DNA of 64,000 nt, from positions 32,001-96,000 of the forward strand of contig CAXXUO010000003.1 in assembly GCA_963666485.2 (NCBI GenBank), given 5' to 3'. Each line of letters starts with the position of its first letter. Position 1 is the stretch's first letter. Source of the stretch: Syntrophorhabdaceae bacterium (GTDB lineage Bacteria; Desulfobacterota; Syntrophorhabdia; Syntrophorhabdales; Syntrophorhabdaceae). A program made the translations under genes and the position numbers. This document shows positions 44,644 through 54,443 of the stretch, in pieces. Under the pieces are notes generated by a model. It had not been told where the DNA came from. It made no database searches and saw only the letters and a program-made list of their open reading frames with translations.

Positions 44644-44943
44644 CGATGATAACGGGTTGGATGGGATGGCGGCGAGAGTTATGGGATGACGGGCAGGTTG
44701 GCTGGGATGACGGATAAAGAAAAAGATGGCAGATAGATAGGGCGGGAATGATGGGCAAAGGATGAAGTTGGAATGCCGGGGAAAAGGCAGAACCTGGATC
44801 CCGGTGTCAAGCACCGGGATGACGAGGGGGGGTCAATTGTAGGGTGGCTAATAATGGAATAAATAAACCGGAGACAATGCAATATCTCCGGTTTTAGAGT
44901 TTTTTCAACGTAGAACCTAGAACGTAGAACCTAGAACGTTTTT

Positions 44944-45321
44944 TTAATTCACCGCCTGCAGCAGCTGCGTCTTGATCCTGTTCGCCCCGTCCACGTACAC
45001 CTTGGCGGGTTTGAATTTTTCAAGCTCTTTCTCATCAAATGTTGCGTAAGTAGCTATTATGATTATGTCACCCTTGCGTGCTTTGTGCGCGGCGGCGCCG
45101 TTTATACATATCACGCCGGATCCTTTGTCCCCTTTTATCGCGTATGTGGTGAAGCGCTCACCGGATGTGACGTTGTAAATGTCAACCTGCTCATATGGGA
45201 TGATGTTCGCGTTGTCCATGAGATTTGAGTCTATGGTAATGCTTCCCTCGTAGTCAAGGTTGCTGTCGGTTACCGTGGCTCTGTGGATCTTGCCCTTCAT
45301 CATGGTCCTTCTCATTGTCAT
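44944..45321 (-). CDS. panD: Aspartate 1-decarboxylase
   Basis: [33 protein letters not shown]. Confidence 0.97.
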   Translation of the reverse strand: MTMRRTMMKGKIHRATVTDSNLDYEGSITIDSNLMDNANIIPYEQVDIYNVTSGERFTTYAIKGDKGSGVICINGAAAHKARKGDIIIIATYATFDEKELEKFKPAKVYVDGANRIKTQLLQAVN

Positions 45322-46163
45322 GCCTCCGTTAAGATTGTGTTATCTATGAGTCTTGTTTTCCCTATGCGGCACGCTATCGCAATGACGGCTTTTTTGCCAA
45401 CTCGCGAGATATCCTCGAGCGTCGTAGCGTCACATATGTCTATATATTCGACGTTAATGCCATCTTCCTTCTGAAGCATGTCATTGACCGTCTTTTTGAT
45501 CGCCCCGGTGTCGTGCTCTCCGGCCTTGAACATTTCCTCGGCTTTTTTTAGCGATGCGCTGATGGCCAGGGCTTTTCTTCTTTCCTCGGCGCTGAGGTAG
45601 GTGTTCCGCGAACTCATCGCAAGGCCGTCGGCTTCGCGGATGGTCGGGTGGGGAACTATTTTCACGTCCTGGTTGAGGTCCCGGACCATGCGTTCAATGA
45701 CGGTGAGCTGCTGGTAATCTTTCTGTCCGAATACTGCGTAGTGCGGCTTGACTATATTGAAGAGCTTCGTGACGACCGTCGCGACCCCGGTGAAATGGCC
45801 GGCCCGGGTCTTGCCGCAGAGGTGGTCTTCAAGCTTTTTGACCTCGACGTACGTGGAGAAGTCTTTTTCGTACATCTGCCCGTCATCGGGGTAGAAGATG
45901 ATGTCCGTATTTTCCTGCTCAAGGAGCTGGGAATCGCGTTCAAAATCGCGGGGATAGCGGGAGAGGTCCTCGCTGGGGCCGAACTGTATCGGGTTGACGA
46001 AGATGCTGACGACGACCACGTCCGAGATCTTCCTCGCGGCCCTGACGAGCGCCAGATGTCCTTCGTGAAGGTAGCCCATCGTCGGGACGAAGCCTATCGT
46101 TTTGCTCTTTCTGAGCTCGTCGGCGGTGCGCTGCATTTCGGAGACGGTTCGTATGATCTTCAT
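45318..46163 (-). CDS. panC: Pantoate--beta-alanine ligase
   Basis: [43 protein letters not shown]. Confidence 0.97.
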   Translation of the reverse strand: MKIIRTVSEMQRTADELRKSKTIGFVPTMGYLHEGHLALVRAARKISDVVVVSIFVNPIQFGPSEDLSRYPRDFERDSQLLEQENTDIIFYPDDGQMYEKDFSTYVEVKKLEDHLCGKTRAGHFTGVATVVTKLFNIVKPHYAVFGQKDYQQLTVIERMVRDLNQDVKIVPHPTIREADGLAMSSRNTYLSAEERRKALAISASLKKAEEMFKAGEHDTGAIKKTVNDMLQKEDGINVEYIDICDATTLEDISRVGKKAVIAIACRIGKTRLIDNTILTEA

Positions 46164-46164
46164 A

Positions 46165-46959
46165 TTAATGAAATGACTGGCTGTCGTCCGGGAAATCCCC
46201 CGATGCGACGTCGCTTATGTACTCCTTGACCGCGTTGGTTATATCTTCAGTAAGGTTCCTGTACTGTTTGACGAACTTCGGGCGGAAGCTCCCGAGAAGG
46301 CCGAGGACGTCGTGTATGACAAGGACCTGCCCGTCGCAGTCGGGCCCCGCCCCGATGCCTATCGTCGGGATGGTGAGCATCTCGGTTATCTCTTTGGCGA
46401 GTTGTCTTGGCACGCATTCGAGAACGACCATGAATGCCCCGGCCGCCTCGATGGCCCGTGCGTCCGCGATGAGCTTCTCGACATCTTTTCCCTTACCCTG
46501 GACCTTGTACCCGCCCATACGGTGAATGGACTGCGGTGTGAGGCCGATGTGGGCGCACACGGGGATGTCTATATCAACTATTGCTTTTATCGTATCGTGC
46601 ATGTTGACGCCGCCTTCGAGCTTGACAGCCTCGGCGCCGCTTTCTTTGAACATCCTGCCGGCATTGCGTTTTGCCTGTTCAATGCTTTCCTGGTAGGACA
46701 TGAAGGGCATATCTATGATCACGAGGGCTTTTTTAACGCCGCGTGCGACTGCCCGTGTGTGGTGGATCATTTCATCGACCGTGACCGGGATCGTGTTCTG
46801 ATATCCCAGAACGACCGGGCCCAAGGAATCCCCGACGAGGACCGTATCGATCCCCGCATCATCCATTATTTTGGCCGTCGGATGATCGTACGCAGTGAGC
46901 ATGGCGATCTTCCTCTGACCTTTCATGCCCCTGAGTATCGGTACGGTGACTTTACTCAT
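46165..46959 (-). CDS. panB: 3-methyl-2-oxobutanoate hydroxymethyltransferase
   Basis: [48 protein letters not shown]. Confidence 0.97.
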   Translation of the reverse strand: MSKVTVPILRGMKGQRKIAMLTAYDHPTAKIMDDAGIDTVLVGDSLGPVVLGYQNTIPVTVDEMIHHTRAVARGVKKALVIIDMPFMSYQESIEQAKRNAGRMFKESGAEAVKLEGGVNMHDTIKAIVDIDIPVCAHIGLTPQSIHRMGGYKVQGKGKDVEKLIADARAIEAAGAFMVVLECVPRQLAKEITEMLTIPTIGIGAGPDCDGQVLVIHDVLGLLGSFRPKFVKQYRNLTEDITNAVKEYISDVASGDFPDDSQSFH

Positions 46960-46972
46960 ATGTACAACCTCT

Positions 46973-47063
46973 AAAATAAAAAAGCTTTCCAGACCATGTC
47001 CAGAAAGCTAGCGATTGTCACTTCGAGCCTTCCGTCTCGGTCCAGTTTGGATCCAAGCGGCAT
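46973..47063 (-). promoter_or_regulatory. panB leader: probable pan RNA motif hairpin plus intrinsic terminator (attenuator)
   Basis: Minus strand GCCGCTTGGATCCAAACTGGACCGAGACGGAAGGC followed by AGCTTTCTGGAC-ATG-GTCTGGAAAGCT-TTTTTATTTT just before panB. Confidence 0.65.
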
Positions 47064-47154
47064 CCGGCTAATATAAAACAACCAATCCAAATAAAAGTCA
47101 ATATTTAATTCTAAAAAGCTAAAACTTCTTTAAGCCGTCAAGATAAGGGCGCTT

Positions 47155-47349
47155 TTACGCACCCTTATTCTTGTATTCATCGTACCTCAGCATCATGATG
47201 AAGGCCTCTTCGTCGTCGAGGAACTCATCATAGCTCAATTCCTTTATAACCTGGCTCGAGCCGCAGTTCGGGCAGAACAGTTCAGGCACTTCGCCGTCCA
47301 GAAAGGAGTATCCGCACAATTTACAGATATATTCGTCAGGTATTCTCAA
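47155..47349 (-). CDS. Small zinc-ribbon protein
   Basis: Y.CKLCG..F......FCPNCGS; AGGAGG RBS. Confidence 0.7.
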   Translation of the reverse strand: MRIPDEYICKLCGYSFLDGEVPELFCPNCGSSQVIKELSYDEFLDDEEAFIMMLRYDEYKNKGA

Positions 47350-47419
47350 TGTTGCCTCCTATGCTACACCCACATAATATACTTATAGGGGAAATTTCTC
47401 AATGACAATCTTGGGCCGG

Positions 47420-48073
47420 TCAAAAGAATTCGTTGATGATCATCTGGAAGTTTTTCTGGATCACGTCCCGGCCGCGTATCGCGTCGCCGTGTCCCGGGAG
47501 AAGGTACTCAATGTCGAGGGCCGCGAGCTTGGCGATGCTGCGGGCGAGTTGTTCGATATTGCCGCCCGGCAGGTCGGTCCTGCCGACCCCCATGTAGAAG
47601 AGGGTGTCACCCGATATGAGGAGCTTCTTTTCTTCGCAGTAAAGGCACAGCGACCCCGGGGAATGACCGGGCGTCTCGATGACCTTGAACCGGGTATCGC
47701 CAATCGCCAGGTCGCCCTCGGTGAGGTAAAAAGAATAGGGCTTCCGGGGCAGTGCGCACCCGGTCATGAGGTACAGTTCCTTGCCCCCGTTGTTGCAGAA
47801 GTCGTATTCCGTCCTGCCGATCGCCCGCATCGTTTGTTCATCGAATGCCTCGGCCGCCTCGATGTGGTCGGGATGGGAATGGGTGCCGATGACGAGCTTC
47901 ACCAACTCGATATTCTTGCCGTCACGGGCCATGCCGTTCATGACATTGCCCAGGAAATTCTTGTGGCCCGGGTCGATGAGGGTCGGTACCGGCCCGTCTA
48001 TGAATACTGTGTTGCAGTTGTTGGCCTCATACGATGTCCACGGGTAAAGATAAATATTATCAAGGACTTTCAT
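47420..48073 (-). CDS. Metallo-beta-lactamase fold hydrolase
   Basis: LIDPG, THSHPDH, TPGHSPGS, SGDTLF, PGHG. Confidence 0.92.
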   Translation of the reverse strand: MKVLDNIYLYPWTSYEANNCNTVFIDGPVPTLIDPGHKNFLGNVMNGMARDGKNIELVKLVIGTHSHPDHIEAAEAFDEQTMRAIGRTEYDFCNNGGKELYLMTGCALPRKPYSFYLTEGDLAIGDTRFKVIETPGHSPGSLCLYCEEKKLLISGDTLFYMGVGRTDLPGGNIEQLARSIAKLAALDIEYLLPGHGDAIRGRDVIQKNFQMIINEFF

Positions 48074-49074
48074 TGTGCCTCCTGTTGAATGAGCAGGGCA
48101 TCGCTGTCAATCTCCCGCATGTCGAACGAAAAGCTCCTGTCGGCCCCGTCATGGATGCCGATCGTTGCGCTGGGCGGTACATCCTTTCCGTAACGGGCGA
48201 GTATCAGGGCCGATGTCAGGAATGTTCCCTCGTCGGGCGTTAAGGCTTTCAAAACGCCGAGCGGTCCCCGGAAGCTTACCGGTTCGAGGCGGATGTAGGG
48301 GTTGCCGGCAAATGCGGCGAGCTGTTCATTTTCGCGCTCGTTGCGCGCGACGATCAGTTTCGCGGTCGGCGATACCCTGAAATGGCGCCCGATGGTCAGA
48401 AGTTCGATGTCTTTCGTCGTATAGTCAGGGTCGGTCGCCATAAGGTTCTTCAGTTTTATCGAGAAAATGGGGTCCGTGAGAAGGCAGCCGCCCCCCGGCA
48501 GTTCGAACTCCTTGAGCTTATATTTCTCAACGAGTTCATATTGCACGTGCCGTCCCCGTCCCGCGTGGTTAAGCAGCTTCTCCCGGTCCAGGATCCCTTC
48601 CTGTTCGGGTATACTCGGCGGGAAAAGCTTCGCCGAGAGCGGCCGGACGATCAAGCCCTTCAATTCGCTGCGCTTCTCGATCAGTTCGATCGTATTGCGC
48701 CGCTGGGACATCGGTCTTTGCCCCAAAACCTCGCCCGTGACCACGAAGGACGCGCCGACATCCGGCATCATCTCCCGTGTCAGGTTCAGCATATATATCC
48801 TGCAGTCGATGCACGGGTTCATGTTTTTTCCATACCCGTACCGGGGATTCTTCACGATCTCGATGTAATCCTCCCCCTTGTCCCGGGAGATCATCTCGAT
48901 ACCGAGTTCTTTCGCCGTCTGTACAGCCCTGTGGCCGCGCAGTTTGTCCCGTTTGCTCGCAAACATAGACGAAAAATGAAGCCCGATAACCTCGATCCCC
49001 TGTTCGAGGATCAATTTCGTAGCAACCGCGGAATCGAGTCCGCCGGAAATGAGGGAGATAGCTTTCTTGTTCAT
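48070..49074 (-). CDS. ThiI/MnmA-like PP-loop tRNA sulfurtransferase family protein
   Basis: ISGGLDS PP-loop, GYGKNMNPCIDCR, TGEVLGQRPMSQ, GGCLLT, GRHFR. Confidence 0.85.
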   Translation of the reverse strand: MNKKAISLISGGLDSAVATKLILEQGIEVIGLHFSSMFASKRDKLRGHRAVQTAKELGIEMISRDKGEDYIEIVKNPRYGYGKNMNPCIDCRIYMLNLTREMMPDVGASFVVTGEVLGQRPMSQRRNTIELIEKRSELKGLIVRPLSAKLFPPSIPEQEGILDREKLLNHAGRGRHVQYELVEKYKLKEFELPGGGCLLTDPIFSIKLKNLMATDPDYTTKDIELLTIGRHFRVSPTAKLIVARNERENEQLAAFAGNPYIRLEPVSFRGPLGVLKALTPDEGTFLTSALILARYGKDVPPSATIGIHDGADRSFSFDMREIDSDALLIQQEAQ

Positions 49075-49081
49075 TTTAAAT

Positions 49082-49301
49082 CAGTAAGGAGTGAGGAGTA
49101 AGGAGTAAGGAGAAAAAGACCAACGATAGGTCGTCATCCCGGTTTACCGGGATCCAGTGTCTTTTCTTTTCACTTTCAACATAGGAAATAAAGTAAAGAC
49201 GCTGGATTCCGGCGCAAAAGCCGCCGGAATGACGGGGTGAGTTGTTCCTATGCTCTAATCCTCATTATTTCTTCAAACTCCTTACTCCTTACTCCTTACT
49301 G
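49082..49301. repeat. AGTAAGG/CCTTACT heptamer IR shell around a class-B hairpin doublet
   Basis: (AGTRAGG)4 at 49083-49110; hairpins at 49132-49165 and 49195-49234; (CTCCTTA)3 at 49278-49298. Confidence 0.85.
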
Positions 49302-49304
49302 TCT

Positions 49305-50516
49305 TTACTGCATCTCCTCCGGTGTTCTCTCGTCAAGCGTTACGAGACTGATCCCTGAGTCAGGGCCGGGCAGGGGTTCAACGGGACTGGTGAGCGTGAA
49401 GCTTCCGCTCTCTATCCAGCCCTTCAGGGCGGAGGCGATCTCGCGGGCCTTCGCATAACTCGAGATGGGGAAGGTAGGTACTTCCTTGCCTTTGACGGTT
49501 ATCTTGCCTGACTTCAATTGCGCATACGTGACCTCACACAGGCTGCCCGGTATGCGCTGGGGATAATCGTGGGAATAATCAACCACCTGGGCGTAAAAAT
49601 CTTCATCCGCCCGGGAGGTGAAAAATGCCATCTCTTCGTCGAGGATGGGAATGGGGATGCCGAGACCGACGAACATGGTCGCACCGTACCCGAGGAAGCT
49701 GGCTCCCCGCAGGTAGTCCCCGGACATCTTCTTGGCGTCTCCGATAACGGCCAGGGTCCCGGCGCCGCCCTTCGGCAGCCCTTCGGGAGTGCGCGGGCCG
49801 CACGGGCTGTGCTGCGTTCCCTGCCAGGCCACATACCCGATGCCGCCTCCCAGGAATATCCGCGTGCCGATCCCGATCGTCCGGTACTTGGGGTCTTTAA
49901 GGAGCGGCGACAACTGTCCCGCGCTCGAGTAGTTCGCGCTTCCCAGGTTTGGCTTGATCACGCCCATGTATGTATGAATGACACGGTTGGAAACGTTCAC
50001 CCCGACATTGTAGTTCTGGTAGCTGTTCCGGGGGCTGTATATATATGCCTCGTTGACCGTTTCCTTGTTGATGTACGTCTCTATCTTCTTCCGCGGGTAG
50101 CAGTCCGTCCCGTACGCGGTCGCTTCGAGCCTTATGGCCTTGCCGCTGACAAATTCCTCGATGACGTGTCCTCCGCCGTACTTGAAGGTACCGGGATAGA
50201 CCGTGTTCCGCGGGTCGGTGTCCGGCATTGCCGTCGCGCCTATGTAGATATCGACGGCTGCGACGCCGGTATATGCAGGGACATCATTGAGATAGCACCT
50301 GCCGCCCCCGATCTTGATCCTCGGTTTGGAGTGGCCTAAGTTCATGAACATACCGCTTGAGCACATGGGCCCGAACGTCCCTGTCGTCACGACGTCGATC
50401 TGCTGGGCCGCCTTCTTCGTCCCGTTCTTCTTCACGACATCGATCATCTCTTCAGCTGTGACGACAACAACCTTGCCCTTCTTAATCTTCTCATTGATCT
50501 CAGCGATAGTCTTCAA
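49305..50516 (-). CDS. DUF39 homocysteine biosynthesis protein (aspartate-semialdehyde sulfurtransferase-like)
   Basis: KTIAEINEKIKKG.VVV.TAEE, DVVTTGTFG.MCSSG, GGGHVIE, TDCYP, PRN.YQNY, IG.GTRIFLGG; TTG start after GGAGGA. Confidence 0.85.
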   Translation of the reverse strand: MKTIAEINEKIKKGKVVVVTAEEMIDVVKKNGTKKAAQQIDVVTTGTFGPMCSSGMFMNLGHSKPRIKIGGGRCYLNDVPAYTGVAAVDIYIGATAMPDTDPRNTVYPGTFKYGGGHVIEEFVSGKAIRLEATAYGTDCYPRKKIETYINKETVNEAYIYSPRNSYQNYNVGVNVSNRVIHTYMGVIKPNLGSANYSSAGQLSPLLKDPKYRTIGIGTRIFLGGGIGYVAWQGTQHSPCGPRTPEGLPKGGAGTLAVIGDAKKMSGDYLRGASFLGYGATMFVGLGIPIPILDEEMAFFTSRADEDFYAQVVDYSHDYPQRIPGSLCEVTYAQLKSGKITVKGKEVPTFPISSYAKAREIASALKGWIESGSFTLTSPVEPLPGPDSGISLVTLDERTPEEMQ

Positions 50517-50607
50517 CTTTTCCTCCGGATGGCTTTTAAGACTAATTACGGTGCGATAGTATACACTAAAACGCGGCGAAAAAAAATTAACTTGGATAAT
50601 GATAAAT

Positions 50608-50724
50608 CGTAAAACGCAAGACGCAAGACGTGAGATGTTAAGGATAGTTCCCGGTTCTGAGTCGGATAGGAGTAATCGCGACACAGGAAAGGAGTCTTTC
50701 ACTTCTTGCGTCTTGCGTTTTACG
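50608..50724. repeat. Heptamer-based 21-bp perfect inverted repeat element
   Basis: CGTAAAACGCAAGACGCAAGA ... TCTTGCGTCTTGCGTTTTACG. Confidence 0.8.
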
Positions 50725-50728
50725 GTCT

Positions 50729-51415
50729 TTAGTCGATTGTCACGTTAAACTTTATCTCCGCCTCGGAGCGGCGGCTGTATATGGGGTTCAAAGGTTGGTT
50801 TTGATCCAGGATGATATCGATCCGTTCGTCGACGAGGGATGCGGGCTCGATGTGGTCGTATTTATCGTGGATGATGGTCACGCCGGCTAAATCTGCGAGG
50901 TACTTTTCCGCGATGCGCAGGCCTGTACCGAAACAGACGCAGGGGGTTTTGATGATGGCGGGGATCTGATCCGGTTTTACGGCCATGTAGTCAGTTTCCC
51001 GCAGGAGCTTTCCCCCGGATACGTGGTAGAGGGCAAGGAATACCTCCGATTTCTTGGCGTCAATGAGGGGGCACAGGTACGACCCTTCCCGGTCGATCAG
51101 GGGGAAGGCGAGGGCGTCGAGGGTAGGGATGCCGCGTATCGGGGTCCCGATCGCGGCGCGGATCCCCTTGCAGAATGAAAGGCCGACGCGTATCCCGGTG
51201 AATGACCCCGGGCCGAGGGTGACCCGGAGCTCGGTTATGTCCTTGAGGGTTGTTCCGTTGGCAGCGAGAATTCCTTCGATATTTTCCGGCAATATCTGGG
51301 AGGGTGAGCGCAATTCCTTTATACGCCTCTCATCTGCGGGCCCGTCCGGGCCTGCGAGGGCGATGTTCAGGAGATCCATCGAATTGTCGATGGCGAGTAT
51401 GTGCCTATTTGCCAT
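50729..51415 (-). CDS. tsaB: tRNA t6A biosynthesis protein TsaB
   Basis: ILAID.S, GPGSFTGIRVG, PTL, PLIDAKK.EV, P.Y.R.SEAE. Confidence 0.93.
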   Translation of the reverse strand: MANRHILAIDNSMDLLNIALAGPDGPADERRIKELRSPSQILPENIEGILAANGTTLKDITELRVTLGPGSFTGIRVGLSFCKGIRAAIGTPIRGIPTLDALAFPLIDREGSYLCPLIDAKKSEVFLALYHVSGGKLLRETDYMAVKPDQIPAIIKTPCVCFGTGLRIAEKYLADLAGVTIIHDKYDHIEPASLVDERIDIILDQNQPLNPIYSRRSEAEIKFNVTID

Positions 51416-52487
51416 GGAAATACTTGCTGAAATCGAATATCCGGTCGAAATCGTTGTAAAAGGCAAAGACCATGATGAGGAGCAGGATGACGAGCCCCAC
51501 TGTCTGGGCGATCTCCTGGGTCTTCTGCGGTATCCTCCGACGTATTATGATCTCGATCGCGTTGAAAAGAATATGCCCGCCGTCGAGAACCGGGATGGGT
51601 AGGAGGTTGATCACGCCGAGGTTGATGCTGATGAGCGCAAAGAAGAGGACGAAATCCCCGAATCCTTTCTTTGCCCGCTTGCTCGCCTCCTGGAAGATCA
51701 GGACGGGGCCGCCGATGTTCTTCGGTGATATGCTGCCCTGGATGATCTTTATCACCCCGACGACGGTGATGCGCGAGTATTCCCAGGTCATGTACAATGA
51801 CAGGGGGACGGCCTTGATCGGCGACTGTCGTTTCTTGATCACTTCGTCAGACCGTTCTATGCCGAGCACTCTGCGGGTGAACGGTTCGCCAAAGATATCC
51901 TTTTCCTGTATTACTGTCGGTTTGACGGTAAATTCCATCGGTGCGCCATTGCGGTCGACGGTTACCTTTACCGTGTCCGCCTGTATTTTTTCGAGGCTGG
52001 ATGCGATATCGAGGAATTCCCCGACGTCCTTGCCGTCTATCTTGGTTATCACGTCGTCTTTCTGGATGCCTGCGGCCTGTGCGGGCATGTTCGGGGCAAC
52101 CTTCCCGACGCGTGCGGACGGCACGTTATAGCCTATGATCGAGACGAAATAGAATACGACGAGGGCCAGCAGGACGTTAAAGAGCGGGCCGGCCACTGCG
52201 ACAAGTATCCTGACGTACGGCGGCTTATGAGAGAAGGAGCGCGCTTTGTCTTCTTGAGCCACTTCCTCATCCGGTGATTCGCCGAGCAGCTTGACGTAAC
52301 CGCCCATAGGGACGATGGAGATGGCGTATTCCGTTTCGCCCTTCACCCACTTCACGAGCTTTTTGCCGAACCCTATCGAAAATGTGAGGACCTTGATATT
52401 GAAGATCCTTGCCACCATGAAATGCCCGAACTCATGCACCAGTATCAAAAGCGCAAGTGCGATCAGGAAATACAAAAAAGAGATCAT
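51405..52487 (-). CDS. rseP: RIP metalloprotease RseP
   Basis: HEFGH, GGYVK, AGPLFN, PDZ domain, NLLPIPVLDGGH. Confidence 0.96.
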   Translation of the reverse strand: MISFLYFLIALALLILVHEFGHFMVARIFNIKVLTFSIGFGKKLVKWVKGETEYAISIVPMGGYVKLLGESPDEEVAQEDKARSFSHKPPYVRILVAVAGPLFNVLLALVVFYFVSIIGYNVPSARVGKVAPNMPAQAAGIQKDDVITKIDGKDVGEFLDIASSLEKIQADTVKVTVDRNGAPMEFTVKPTVIQEKDIFGEPFTRRVLGIERSDEVIKKRQSPIKAVPLSLYMTWEYSRITVVGVIKIIQGSISPKNIGGPVLIFQEASKRAKKGFGDFVLFFALISINLGVINLLPIPVLDGGHILFNAIEIIIRRRIPQKTQEIAQTVGLVILLLIMVFAFYNDFDRIFDFSKYFHGK

Positions 52488-53644
52488 AATTTTTTTCGTC
52501 CTGTTCCAGTTATTTTAGTCATTGCCGTGCTGCGTGTCCACGATATGATACCACGAATCGTTTCGAGGTTGTCGACTATCGGATGGCCGGGGCCGTCCGC
52601 CAGCGTTTCCCCGACGACACGGGGGATATCCGTGAACTTGATCCTGCCTTCGATAAAAGCCTGAGCGGCGACCTCATTCGAGACATTGAACGCGATCATG
52701 GCGCCGTCACCTGCCTCGAGGGCCTCATACGCAAGCCGTATCGAGGGAAACCGCTTAAGGTCGGGCGGATGGAATGTCAGCTTCAGGACCCCGTCAAGCT
52801 TGAGGGGCGAAAAGGGCAGTAGAGCGCGCTGTTCACCGTAGAGCGCGTACGCGATCGGGATCTTCATGTCCGGGCTCGCCATGTACGCGAAAAACGAATT
52901 ATCCGTGAATTCGACGATGCCGTGAACGATGCTTTCCGGGTGAACCAGGGTTTTGATCTTTGCCGGTTCGAGGTCAAAGAGCCATCGTGCCTCTATGATC
53001 TCGAGACCTTTGTTCATGAGCGTCGCGGAGTCGAGCGTTATCTTCCGTCCCATCTTCCAGGTGGGATGGTTCATGGCATCGGACACCTCGACGTTCTCCA
53101 GTGCTTTTTTCGTATGCTTCCTGAAGGGACCCCCGGACGCGGTCAGTATGATGGACCTCACCTCGCCGTGATCGATACCTTTCAAAAGTTGGTATACTGC
53201 TGAATGTTCGCTGTCGACCGGGATGAGTTCGCTGCCGGTTTGTGCGATTATCCTCCTGATCATCCGTCCGCCCATGACAAGGCTTTCCTTGTTGGCAAGG
53301 GCAAGCGTTTTTCCCGAATTAAGCGCTTCGATCGTCGGCTCGAGGCCAATGGAGCCGGGCAGGGCGTTGACAACGATGTCAACATCACTCCGGATCATCT
53401 CCTTCATGCCTTCGATGCCCGTGAAAAGCCGGGCGCCCTTGAGATCCGCCCTGCCGCTGAGCGCACCGTCAAAAAGGCAGACATTTTTCGGCCCGAAAAG
53501 GTGTACCTGTTCATTGAGAAGATCTATATTGCTCGCGCAGGCGAGGCCATGAACTTCAAAGGATGCAGGGTCGTTGGCGATGACGCTGAGCGTCGATGTG
53601 CCGATGGAGCCTGTTGAGCCGAGTATGAGGACCTTCTTTTTCAT
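52484..53644 (-). CDS. dxr: 1-deoxy-D-xylulose-5-phosphate reductoisomerase
   Basis: LGSTGSIG, LANKESLV, PVDSEHSA, TASGGPF, HPTW.MG.KIT.DSAT.MNKGLE. Confidence 0.97.
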   Translation of the reverse strand: MKKKVLILGSTGSIGTSTLSVIANDPASFEVHGLACASNIDLLNEQVHLFGPKNVCLFDGALSGRADLKGARLFTGIEGMKEMIRSDVDIVVNALPGSIGLEPTIEALNSGKTLALANKESLVMGGRMIRRIIAQTGSELIPVDSEHSAVYQLLKGIDHGEVRSIILTASGGPFRKHTKKALENVEVSDAMNHPTWKMGRKITLDSATLMNKGLEIIEARWLFDLEPAKIKTLVHPESIVHGIVEFTDNSFFAYMASPDMKIPIAYALYGEQRALLPFSPLKLDGVLKLTFHPPDLKRFPSIRLAYEALEAGDGAMIAFNVSNEVAAQAFIEGRIKFTDIPRVVGETLADGPGHPIVDNLETIRGIISWTRSTAMTKITGTGRKKL

Positions 53645-53648
53645 CGTG

Positions 53649-54443
53649 TCATCGCGTCCATAAAATGCAGGAATAGAGAAACGGGGCCGTAAAGATGAAG
53701 CTGTCGATACGGTCCAGCATGCCGCCGTGTCCGGGGATGAGGCCGGACGAGTCCTTTATCTTGAAAACCCGTTTGCAGGCGGACTCCATGAGGTCTCCCG
53801 CCTGGCCCAGGATGCCGGCCGCTATCCCGATGCCAATCGCGGCACCCAGGTCGAAGCCGAGCCATGTGTGGAACGCCCCAATAATAACAACGGAGCCAAG
53901 AGCGGAGCCGGCGAGGCCCTCGACCGTTTTTTTGGGGCTTATCTGGGGGGCGAGCCGGTGTTTCCCGAAAGTTTTCCCGATGAAATAGGCAAAGGTGTCG
54001 CTTGCCCATATAGAAAGGAGAAGTATGAACGGGAAGAGGGTGTTCTCCTTCTTGAGCAGGTACAGGTAAAAGAACGGGACGAGAACGAACATATTGCCGA
54101 AAAGTATGACTGCCGCCTGCAGCGTTATCTCGCGATTGGCCGCGTCGACAGGGGTTTTCCTGTCGAAGGTTTTTATAAGGATCATCACAACGATGGAGGC
54201 CATGGCCCAGAGGGGATAGTACTGGTAGTGCCCCTTATAAAGAGGGATGGCCCCGGCAATGACGAGGACTGCCACGAGGACCTTCATCGGTACATCCGCC
54301 AGGGCAGCCGCTTCGTTGACGGCAATGATGCCGACTATGAGAAGGAGAATGAGAAGCCAGTCAGCCGGCAGGAAGTAAAAGAGAAGGGCAACGACCGGAG
54401 CCAGGCACATGCCCGTAATGACCCGTTTCTTCAGTTCTCCCAA
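53649..54443 (-). CDS. cdsA: Phosphatidate cytidylyltransferase
   Basis: WASDTFAYF.G, ISPKKT.EG, GDL.ES..KR...IKDS..LIPGHGG.LDRIDS. Confidence 0.96.
   Translation of the reverse strand: MGELKKRVITGMCLAPVVALLFYFLPADWLLILLLIVGIIAVNEAAALADVPMKVLVAVLVIAGAIPLYKGHYQYYPLWAMASIVVMILIKTFDRKTPVDAANREITLQAAVILFGNMFVLVPFFYLYLLKKENTLFPFILLLSIWASDTFAYFIGKTFGKHRLAPQISPKKTVEGLAGSALGSVVIIGAFHTWLGFDLGAAIGIGIAAGILGQAGDLMESACKRVFKIKDSSGLIPGHGGMLDRIDSFIFTAPFLYSCILWTR

Larger units (their letters stand above)
43823..44824 (+). mobile_element. GIY-YIG/hairpin-repeat cassette 2
   Basis: 2 x 20-bp units, perfect 35-bp IR at 43863-43897 and 44312-44346 around the nuclease gene, 16 x 19-bp array, terminal hairpin at 44791-44824. 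Confidence 0.85.

Noticed and set aside
44284..44814. Pro/Ser-rich repeat proteins on the minus strand (176 aa and 142 aa ORFs)
   Set aside because: They are translations of the 19-bp array; the period is not a multiple of 3 and there is no RBS.
50517..50702. N-terminal extension of the DUF39 protein
   Set aside because: It overlaps an inverted-repeat element; the RBS and family-like start are at TTG 50516.
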